A DNA stretch of 64,000 bases from Haliotis cracherodii (lineage: Eukaryota), in contig NW_027266270.1 of the NCBI RefSeq assembly GCF_022045235.1, positions 26,040,001-26,104,000 on the forward strand, in the 5' to 3' direction. The notes under the pieces are model-generated. The model did not search any database. It saw only the letters and a program-made list of their open reading frames with translations, and was not told the origin of the DNA. The translations under genes and the position numbers were made by a program. Shown here piece by piece: positions 28,540 through 40,500 of this stretch; within the stretch, counting starts at the first letter, position 1; each line of letters opens with the position of its first letter.

Positions 28540-31500
28540 CACAACAAAAAAAACCCCCCAAAAAACCCAACAGCAACAAAAACCAACTGAACACACGCAC
28601 GTCTCTGAATAAGTGCAATAAACTTGAACGCGACGTTGAAGCCCATTTCACCTCACCTTAACTTAGATGGGGTGGGGGACGGTTGATGATCGTGGGTGTG
28701 ACTCCGCGATTCGCCCTGATTATGTTTGTCTAGGTGTGTCACACCATACCCGTGCTCGTTGGCTTCACTGAAGTGGTAAACGTCTGCGACCTGCATCACA
28801 TCAGACTTGCCTCCCACACCAAGCTGCCACACCGCAGTCATACTGAAATGCTGTTGAGAGCGGCGTTAAACAGAACTCACTCACCTTATGTTCTGAAGTT
28901 TCACATTGGCCAATGTGACGTAACAGTTATGTGGGACGGTGTCCCCACTCAGCTGCCAGGTATCGAGGGTCCGGATCCAATATTTCCCCTGATTATGATC
29001 CTTGGACTGCCAGCACCTTACCCATGCAGAGTGGTAAAGATGCAGGCTTTCCTCCCGGTGAACGAAGGAGAGACTCGTGCTGAAAGTCAGATAACTGTTC
29101 AAGGCGAGCAGCTGTTGCAAGCTCGAACCCTTTACTGCTGTGATATTGCCGGTCACAACACAATGTCCACTCATTTATCCGATCGATCTCCAGTGTCTCA
29201 TGTGTCCGTTAGCAATGGCACTGAAGGACGAAGTACACTAATGAAATCATTTGACTCACTGAAAGATATTATTTAGTAAATAACCAAATAAGTTTCAATA
29301 AATTTTGAAATTTTGTGACGAATATTGTCGGAGAAGGTAATACTAGCCTCATTTCCATCTTACATTTATACGTTTTTTTTACCTATGCCTATAAGCATAG
29401 CTGGAATGAGAAACATACAGCTTTGGCGGTACTAGTAATATTTCTTCTGTTGAAAGTGGCGATGGGGTAGCCTAGTGGTTAAAGCGTTAGCTCGTCGCGC
29501 CGAAGACCCGGGTTCGATTCTCAACATGGGTAAATTGTGTGAAGCACATTTCTGGTGTCCCCCGCCATGATATTGGTGGAATACTGCTAAGAGTGGTGTA
29601 AAACATACTCACTCGCTTGTACAGTTAAACGGACGTGTAGTCTCGTTGATCGGGATACTATATTAAATATCTGCTTCAGTATTGGTGAATCAAGGAATTA
29701 TGAAAAACAACAACATATGTTTTAATAAAGAAACATACGTTTTGACTTATACAGAGTATATGCAATAACGATGTTCCGTTTTCAGGAAGATGACATGTTC
29801 TATGTTTTTTTCTAGGCGCCTTGCAAGTAATCACCTCAAGAAACTCCCCCGACGCCTCTTCCGTAACGTGCGTTACCTCCAGACGCTGTGAGTCGCCTGC
29901 TTCAGTTACAACGTTGATAACACTCTTATCTCCCGGCATATAATGGGTGTGGGGTGGTGGGGTGGTGGGGTGTGGGGGTGGGGTGTGTGTGTGGGTGTGT
30001 GTTGGGTGGGGTGGGGTGTGTGTGTGTGTGTGTGTGTGGGGGATATAGTCATCATCTGGCCTGTCTATCCGTCTGTCCGTCCGTATTTCTTTTCTGGAGC
30101 AAAACTTGAAGTCCGTAAAAGATTTTTCATCCAAACTTGGTACATGTATCAACCAGGGGCTAAGGTGAAGTGGTAGCTACTCAGGAATCCATGGAATTCC
30201 CATGGAAACAAATTATACTTAGCTGAAATGTGTATCCAATCAGGGTCTGGAATGGTGCTTCTTGCTATTTAGGAACTAACTAATTAATGTTTCCCTGTTT
30301 CCATGGTAACAAGACATGACTTTGTCTCTGTTGATAGTGGTGTGTTTATCCGGATTTGTCATCTTCTGATGAGTCATGTATACTGTATCACTCAGATAAG
30401 TTATAATCAGACTATCAATGTAATATCAGCTTGGCTGATGCGTATTTCGTGGTCCGACGTCCGGTGTCGTTGTCAACGGCATCTCATAACGAAGGATATT
30501 GATACCCCAGTTTGTTCAAAATGTTTAAATCTGAACTTTAGTATGAACCCATTTAGGAAAATCAGTTCATTGCGACATTCCTGAAGACAGTTTCTCTTGA
30601 AATTGTTTTGGTATGTTGGAACTATGCATTGGCAATATATAAAAGTCAACATGAGCACTGTGGCTTTTTTAAATCAGGACACTGTTTCGCATGTCTGAAT
30701 ATAAAGAATACCTATGCTGTGCAGGGAGGTGGCTTGACGTCTTTGGCAGAATAATTCGTGGAAAATATCGATTCCTAAATTAGACAACTGTCTCTCAGAA
30801 AAGGAAGTACTTCTTTGCTATTTACGAATTTCTACACATTCAAACTGATATTTTTTGTATTTTTATTGATTTTTTTGGAATTGATTAGGTGAAATGCAAT
30901 TATAAGAAATAATTATTCCCTTGGGAAATCATTACAATGTGGAGATAAAAGCGAGTTAAACTGTAGTAATGAACAAAGGGAAGACTTCTTAACATCTACA
31001 GTAAAAGGTGTGAGTTTATAGCACTGAACTGTCCACCGCGTTATAAGCGAGGGGACTTTTAAAGTAAACCTAACTGTACCAACAGTCGACTGTAGTGAAT
31101 AAGTAACAGTTTCAGGCGTGATGAAGTCTATGATATGTTGTGCTTTTACATATGGTATAAAATAATAAAATTGAATGAAATATAATAAAATAATTCTGTT
31201 AATGGTGGTTTTATAGGGAGCTGCCAATATTAGTATAGATTGTCCTATGTCGCATATAATCTCATTGTAGTCACCCGTGAAGATTTGGCTAAGAAATGAT
31301 CTTCAGCCACCCATGCTTGTCGTAAGAGGCGACTATGCTTGTCGTAAGAGGCGACTGTGCTTGTCATAAGAGGCGACTCACGGGATCGGGTGGTCAGGTT
31401 CGCAGACTTGGTTTGATGCATGTCATGAAATCCCAATTACGTAGATCGCTGCTCATGTCAATCACTGTATTTCTGCACCAGACTCCACTATTTAAACATC

Positions 31501-34500
31501 AAACAAATAAACAATCACACATACATTGTAGGTCACATGTCACACGTAAAATGTCACATGCAATCGGTTAGTTATAACATTTCCGTGTAATCCCGTTGGT
31601 TACCGCGTGTCACAGGTAATGATATTTATGACATGTTACATGTAATGTTTTTAACCGTTTTCCAGTAATATTATTGTTAAACCTAATCTCATTGGTTGTC
31701 ATGTGTAATCACTGGTTGTCACGTGTAATCTCATTGGTTATCACATGTCACATGTTATCATTTTTTTTATGTCATGGTTTTGTTGAAGATGGCTCCAGGG
31801 TAACAAGTTCAAGGTTGTGCCGCGCAGAGCGATTCAGAGCCTGGATCGTCTCATGGAACTGTGAGTACTATCTTTTTAACGCCTATGTGTGTGTGTGGTG
31901 TGTGTGTGTGTGGTGTGTGTGTGTGTGTGTGGTGTGTGTGTGGTGTGTGTGTAGAGGACGGGGTGGCGGCAAGCTGACAGATGCCTACGGCGTCGCAATT
32001 AGCTGTGCGGAGTCGCGTCTCTTAGGCGTACCAGGAACCACTAATCGTGAGTTCGAGAACCAGATTCGCCCCATTTGTTTTTATTATTAAACATATTTTA
32101 TTGTCCAAAGGGACAAGGGAACAAGTGCAACACTTATTACCACCTTCTCCCTATATACAATTAAACATAATATTGCATTATGGAAATGAACAATTTACAA
32201 TTGAAACCTGACATTGTTGAAACATAGTGCGCAATATATATATAGTCTCAGTGAGTGAGTATGGTTTAACGCCGCTTTCAGCAATATTCCAGCAATATCA
32301 CAGCATGGGACACCAAAAATGGGCTCCGCTCATAGTACCCATGTCGGGAATCGAACCCGGGTCATAGGCATGACGATAGAACGCTTTAACCACTAGGCTA
32401 CCCGATCAACCCGTTTGTTTCAGGTTTGTCAGCACCATACTCGTGCTTGTGGTATTTCACCAAAGTTGAAAACGTCTGAGACCTGCATCACTGTAGGCTT
32501 CCCCCACATGCTGACACGCCCTGATATAACAATAACACTCTCAAACCAAACTCACTGACTCCCTGAAGCCTATCACGGCTGTTTTCTACGACATCTTAAT
32601 TAAAGGGAAACAACATTCCATTCCTCAGTCGTCTAGCCGGCACCGTTTGAATTTTCCCGCGTAATCACCAGATGCCAATTAGCGCCAGAATTAGCGTCAC
32701 CGACCGAACAAACTGGGCTTCCGACCAACGAGGGAGGACATCGTTGACAGCGAGGAGGAATCCTCATGAATCCTCTTGAATCCTCACATTTGAACGGATG
32801 ATGCTTACGCATCCTTTCACCTTGTTAATGCGTCTGAGTGTGTAAAAGTGTATGTACAAGTATGTGGTTTAGTATACAGCAAATACGTGTACGTATAATT
32901 TTTGCAACAATGAAATTCAGTTCATGTGCTCAAATCAGCACGACCCATATTTCTCAGACAAATTGCATATAAAACAACAGTTACTCCCTTCTTGCCACTC
33001 ATGTTTCACATGAAACACCTGAAACAATTGACACCTGAAACAATTGACACCTGAAACAAACTTACGTGATCAGTTGAGTTGAGAACACGGGTTCCGTATA
33101 TCCCGAAACGCTATATGTTATATTTTAAAATATTATTGGTAGGTAGGTAACCTCAAATGTGGAAATTGACGGACACATTCCTCGAACAAAGTAACTGCCT
33201 GATATTACACACGTAACTTTTATGATTACGATACATTTGATTCATTCATTTGCTGCAGCAAGAACGCGGGAGGCCTCAAAGGCGACGGATCCAATTGTTC
33301 CATGAGCAATCATATCCGGCAATAGCAATCCGTTGTTCCAAAGAGCTTCAATTATTGTAATTGTTGATTTAAATATATGTATTACAAGCTGTGACTAATA
33401 TAACTCGATGTTGGAAAATATTATTTCTGATAAAATAATAGTTTCAGATACAATTTATCCGATCATTGCATCAAAATTCTTTGAAGTTTTATTTTTGGGT
33501 ATTTTGTTAACCGAATCACCGGTAGATTGGTAGAATATAGGGGTACATTTCTATTTCTGTCTTAGTTTACACAAGTTAATCTTTATTTCTGCGTCCAAAG
33601 TAATGCCTAACGGAACAGAAAATACAATTTAAATGGTAAATGATTGTGTCTAGTGACACTTTATTTTAAACAAAAAACATGTGAGTTTGGCTGCAGCTCT
33701 TTAAATTATTGTATAGCCTTTGTACCGATATACGGCTTCTCATTCTTCGATCCTCTGATAGATGTCGCTCCGCGCAGCGAGACTGACGCCGAACACAAGT
33801 CAAACCAGTCGAGAATATAGTCCATAATAAGCACATTTTGAATCCGCGAAGCAAAAGCCGATCCATATGTCAATACGTTCTAAGTTTGGGCATTGTTCCT
33901 TTTTTCCATTTCACTTGACTTATTCAATACAATTTAGTAATTCTGTCAAAAATGTAAATAATGTGTTTAACTCTATTCTTTGTTGACGTCAACAATCATG
34001 GGACTAGAGACGTGTTCTCTTGGTTTTTTTAATATCTGCCAGCTTCCAGCTTCAAGTCTTAAGTCTAACTGAGAAACCAAATGAATACACATAAATACCA
34101 TCGAGTGTTGTGTATCGTCATTTATCTTTGACTTCGTTACTTCGTGTGGCTTCGTTACTGTATGTGTTATACTTTAAGAAAGAAATAGTCATGGACGGTC
34201 TCAGTATGTCGTACAGACAGTTACGACGCCGGACATCATGCTTTTGCACTGATATAACTATGTGTATATAAGACAGACAATTGGGTAGTGGGACAACTAT
34301 TAAAGCCACACAGGTTTAAAAGAAATCATACCAAAGCCATTTAGACATGAAGTTGGGGTTTCCTGGGTTTACGGACATATTCGCAAAGGCATGTCTGTAT
34401 GTCGTGGGTAGGTGAGATTGGTTTAACTCCACTCTGAGTTATGAATTTTTTTAATGAAAGTAAAGGTATTCATAGAAAGAGTGAGTGAGTGAGTCAATGA

Positions 34501-37500
34501 CACCACAGTCATCAATATTCTTGCAACAAAAAATAGCGCCGGGAAAAGAAGGTATCCACGCAAGAAACGATTTTGCGATGTTTGATTGGGTAACATAGCA
34601 TTAATAGGGACCTTAAGTTTGCAGTGTCACGGCAACTGTTTTCAGCCTTTTAGCGTTTTGATAGCCTTTTGGGGTCATATCCAATTTTCAAGTGCATACT
34701 TTCTTTTGCCCAGCAGTTTACTCCAGGTGATTGAGAAGAGATAGATGTAAAAGCTGGACAAAGTCGTTCTCTGGGTCCATGTATTTTATTAATACTGAAG
34801 ATGGTAGACCTAAACAATAATATACAAACTCTTAATATACTTGTACTTGGTAACATCATGTATGGCCTTTCATAGATGATAATGCTGTATCGTATCTGCA
34901 TATTACACATGTATATAATAATCATATATGGCTGAAAGTATCAGTTATCATATATTTATTTTTCATCATCGTAATACACACAGTGTAGTTATTTTCAATG
35001 AACACAATGCATAAAAGTAGAATATAAACATTTGCATGGTAGAAAGTATCTTTTACATACATGTCAAATGTACCAATAGCACTCACAGTAACTTCCAGTA
35101 AAATAACAGATCCAGTGGGTCTGAACACCTTTATAACAGTTTATATACTAAATAATCTAACTAATTACAAAGTAACTAACATAAAGAAAGTATAGACAAC
35201 AAATGACAATGTACCCGTTGAGGTTTATAGACTTACCCCCAACTACCTCTGTTACATCTGTAATGGGCTTCCAGGCCTAGTAGGACGTAACTACAATACA
35301 ATATGCAAAACTGAAAATTCCATTCAATTACAGTCTTAGTAATTAACAACTTATCAATGCCTAATTCTATAAACCACTCTGAGATTCGAGCCTTATTTAA
35401 GTCCTTCGCTTGCACGTGGCACTGAAACGTAAACAAAACGGAACAAAAGAAAAACAATGGAGTAGAAGTGTATAATTACAGTACAAGGGAAATTCGCGTC
35501 TCATGCAGTACAGCATGACCAACGGGAGATAACTGCTTATGGGATAGATAACTATAACAGTAGTCACTACAACTAAAACCCGTAGTTAATTTGTTAATCT
35601 CATAACACAATTTAAATATTATGCACTTCTTTGTGCTCACACAACCATTGGGAAAATAAATGTTGACTAGGTTACAATTCTACTACTACTACGCTGATGA
35701 AAATACTTGTTAGCAATGAAACAGCCTCTCCACGGCATTCCTAAACTGACTATAGTACAGTGGCTGCTACCAGATGGTAATTCGATACTTAACACAGTTT
35801 CTACAAAATTAAACTTTGCCACTAAAACCATCACAGACAAATGTACTTCTATAGCATCAAACAACAATATATCAGCTAAAGGGGTGTACTTACTCATTGA
35901 TAAGATAGCTAATTAGAGCTGGTCCAAAACAATGTGCTCTGTGTTGAAACAACGTGCTCGGCTGGCTGGCTAAAACAATGGAATTGGCCTGAGCGCGAGA
36001 TGAAGTGATAAGCAGAGCATTTTGGGATATCCCACAGTAATTAACTAAGGCCAGATACGTATTTGTGAACTTGTTGGAAATAAACAAATCTTAAAAGGAT
36101 ATGGTTACATTAATGTGACATATAAAATAACTTCTTAATCAGGAATGTTTACACACTTTTCCGAGCACAATCGGAAACTGCCGAAGATAATGTAAGCAAA
36201 AGTGCGTGTCTGATAGCTACTTTACATAAATACAGTAGGATAAATACAGATAGTATGTGATGTGTTACCAGCAAATGAGACCAATTCTGATCCAATACCT
36301 ACCACATTAAGGCTCCATGATTCATTGTTAACAACGTCAACCACTAGAATGTCTGCTCCAGGCTTGTCGCTGTGAATATTTGAATATATGAAAATTTAAG
36401 CATTAGTCCTACAGTTGAAATACCTGGTTAATAATAAATCATTGGACAAAGCATACTGATTTAATCAACTAATCGATGTATTTCACTTACAGGAAGCTAG
36501 AGACGAACCAAATCGAGGTTGTGCCCCCCGATTCCTTTCGGAACATGCGCAGTTTGGAAAAACTGTGGCTTGATACCAACAACCTGAAGAGCATACCAGT
36601 AGCAGCCCTCAGTCATCTTCCGTCCCTCGCAGCCATGTAAGTACACAAGCAGAGTTAGATAGGGTGTAGCGCCGCTTCTACCACCATTTCAGGACACGGT
36701 CAGTCTTCTGTGCACGATGATAGTGCTAGCAGACCAAGGATCATAACTGGTGTGAATCCTGGATTCGAACCCACGATCAGTGGATCCTTACATCTCTATG
36801 ACTTTGAACTTGGCGGTGCAGTGCCGTAGGCCCCTTGGCTATCAGTATCGTATGGCTATCAGTACCGTATGGCTATCAGTATCGTATGTCTATCAGTAGC
36901 ATATGGCTATCAGTATCATATGGCTATCAGTATCGTATGTCTATCAGTATCGTATGGTTATCGGCTATCAGTATCATATGGCTATTAGTACCGTATGGCT
37001 ATCGGCTATCAGTATCATCTGGCTATCAGTATCGTATGGTTATCGGCTATCAGTATCATATGGCTATTAGTACCGTATGGCTATCGGCTATCAGTATCAT
37101 CTGGCTATCAGTATCGTATGGTTATCGGCTATCAGTATCATATGGCTATCAGTATCGTATGGTTATCGGCTATCAGTATCATATGGCTCTAAGTACCGTA
37201 TGGCTATCAGTACCGTATGGCTATCAGTATCGCATGGCTATCAGTATCGTATGTCTATCAGTACCGTATGGCTATCAGTACTGTATGGCTATCAGTATCG
37301 TATGTCTATCAGTACCGTATGGCTATCAGTATCGTATGTCTATCAGTACCGTATGTCTATCAGTACCCTATGGCTATCAGTATCGTATGTCTATCATTAT
37401 CGTATGGCTATCATAACCCTATGGCTATCAGTATCGTATGTCAATCAGTACCGCATGGCTATCAGTACCGTATGGCTATCAGTACCGTATGGCTATCAGT

Positions 37501-40500
37501 ATCGTATGTCTATTAGTACCTATGGCTATCAGTATCGTATGTCTATCAGTACTGTATGGCTATCATAACCCTATGGCTATCAGTATCGTATGTCGATCAG
37601 TACCGCATGGCTATCAGTATCGTATGTCTATCAGTGCCATATGGCTATCAGTATCGTTTGTCTATCAGTATCGTATGTCTATCAGTACCATACGGCTATC
37701 AGTACCGTATGGCTATCATAACCCTATAGCTATCAGTATCGTATGTCTATCAGTACCGTATGGCTATGAGTATCGTATGGCTATCAGTACCGTATGGCTA
37801 TCAGTATCGTATGGCTATCAGTACCGTATTGCTATCAGTACCGTATGGCTATCATAACCGTATGGCTATCAGTATCGTATGGCTATCAGTACCGTATTGC
37901 TATCAGTATCGTATGGCTATCATAACCGTATGGCTATCAGTACCGTATGTCTATCAGTATCGTATGGCTATCAGTACCATATGACTATCAGTACCATATA
38001 ACTATCAGTACCGTATGTCTAAGAGTATCGTATGCGTCATACGTCTAAGACAAATATGTCATTCCTGTCTCCTGTACTTGAACGTAGACTATCGACATTC
38101 ATTCTCCTATACTTGAACATGGACCAGAGACATTCCTGTCTCCTGTACTTGAACGTAGACTATCGACATTCATTTCTCCTATACTTGAACATGGACCAGT
38201 GACATTCCTGTCTCCTATACTTGAACGTAGACTATCGACATTCATTTCTCCTATACTTGAACATGGACCAGAGACATTCCTGTCTCCTGTACTTGAACGT
38301 AGACTATCGACATTCATTTCTCCTATACTTGAACATGGACCAGAGACATTCCTGTCTTCTGTACTTGAACGTAGACTATCGACATTCATTTCTCCTATAC
38401 TTGAACATGGACCAGAGACATTCCTGTCTCCTGTACTTGAACGTAGACTATCGACATTCATTTCTCCTATACTTGAACATGGACCAGTGACATTCCTGTC
38501 TACTATACTTGAACGTAGACTATCGACATTCATTTCTCCTATACTTGAACATGGACCAGAGACATTCCTGTCTCCTGTACTTGAACGTAGACTATCGACA
38601 CTCATTTCTCCTATACTTGAACATGGACCAGTGACATTCCTGTCTCCTGTACTTGAACGTAGACTATCGACATTCATTTCTCCTATACTTGAACATGGAC
38701 CAGTGACATTCCTGTCTCCTATACCTGAACGTAGACTATCGACATTCATTTCTCCTATACCTGAACATGGACCAGTGACATTCCTGTCTACTATACTTGA
38801 ACGTAGACTATCGACATTCATTTCTCCTATACCTGAACATGGACCAGTGACATTCCTGTCTCCTATACTTGAACGTAGACTATCGACATTCACTTCTCCT
38901 ATCTCCTAAAGAAAGGCTGATGCAGCTCAAGTGCCGATCACGTCGCCGTGAGGTTTATATAATGCCGGTCCCGAAACCGCGAACAGTTAATCTTTTCGAG
39001 CAGTCCACCAACTTACGCGATTGATCCAAGGTGTCTGGTCACCAACTCATAAAAGCAGCAACAAGTCTGAGAAAATTAGGGGATAAACATGCGGTGTTGC
39101 CATTGTAGAGCTAAGGTTACCAGTAGATTCAGCTTTGAATGTGGGACCGGACGCGCAGCGTGAAGTTTTAAATATTGTTTTGGAGCCCGTATAAATCTAA
39201 AGGTAACCTGAGCTCTACATAGAAAAAAGGGCGTTTATCTTTATTCCACCATGGCGAAGGAAAACGCGAATTCTTTGGTGTCATTAAATATAATGCGTGA
39301 AGCGCTGCAAACATATGTCATTCATTGAAAGCAGGTAGCATAGCAACTTCGTAGGCTGAGCATGAGGTGGGTACCCCTAAAAAAACTCAGCAAGCCTCGC
39401 AAGGTTTCGTTCTACACCGCACGTCACGTCACTATTGTATCGTCAAATCGCTCATTGTGACGCCAAATAATATGACTAGAAAGCTCTGTTGTCCGCAAAA
39501 GTTGAAATACTTCCTCTTTGCGGATTCTATCGTATTTACTGCACAAAGGACATTGCAACATATAATTGTACAAAAAAAAAATTAAAAGAAGAACTAATAT
39601 TCAATAAATATTAATTTCTACGGTGATGCAGGCTTCAAATCGGTTGTTTCAATCAGAGAGTGTTTATTGTGAGTGGATACCTCTGATTGAAGAATCAGAA
39701 TCGAGTATTTCCAAATTCATGGCAGAATGATAGATATTCCTTTCTCAAATGAATGGAAGACACCAGCCCTCATTAGACATCATGGATTGCTTGTGAATGT
39801 CCTGGAACTGTTTCCTTGAATATAATAACTTTAGAAAATCAATGTTGATGGATATTTCGTTTCGTTTCAGAAATCTCAATGAGAATGAAATAAAGAAGCT
39901 CCCTTCCCATGCATTCGCCAACAACACCAAGCTAAGTATCCTGTAAGTTCCTTCAAACGTTGTTTTGGTCTCTCTGTCTTATTGTGTGTGCGTGCTTGCG
40001 TGCGCTTCTCACTGTGCGTCACTCTTTTCACCGGACCGCCTCCGTGGTCTAGTGGTTGAGCGTCCGTGCGGAGAGCGGAAGGTCCGGAGCTTGATCCCCG
40101 GCCGCGTCATACAAAAAGACGTTAAAAGATGGGACTTGATGTTACCCTGCCTGGCGCTCGGCATTAAGGGCTAAAACAAGGACTGGTCGGCTCGGAGTCA
40201 GTATACTATGTTTGATTAGGGTATTCATGTAAAACTGCGGCATGGTATCTCATTTGGACTAGCACTATAAATCGGCATCAGTCCGGACTAGTACAAGCCG
40301 TACAAGCAATTCTTAAAACGAATAAACCAGGGTCAACCTTGTACGACACATGTGTGACGTACGGATTTAGTTTCTTCTTCACCACGTGGGTAATAATTCT
40401 GTATAACCTTGTAGTTATCTCCCATGTCTTCGGAGTACGATCCCATGCAATCAACCGGGTCGACGAGTCTGGTCATCCTACCAAGTTAAGTCGCCACATA

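Noticed and set aside
28734-29276. 180-aa ORF in an intron
   Set aside because: Built largely from SINE-B-derived sequence; no domain signature
29458-29530. tRNA-like sequences (also 55863, 62870, 40034)
   Set aside because: Each is followed by a shared body and tail with TSDs; these are SINE heads, not tRNA genes
36835-37984. YGYQYRM-repeat ORFs resembling Tyr/Gly-rich shell or adhesive proteins
   Set aside because: 17-bp unit is not a multiple of 3; the same peptide appears in every frame; intronic minisatellite
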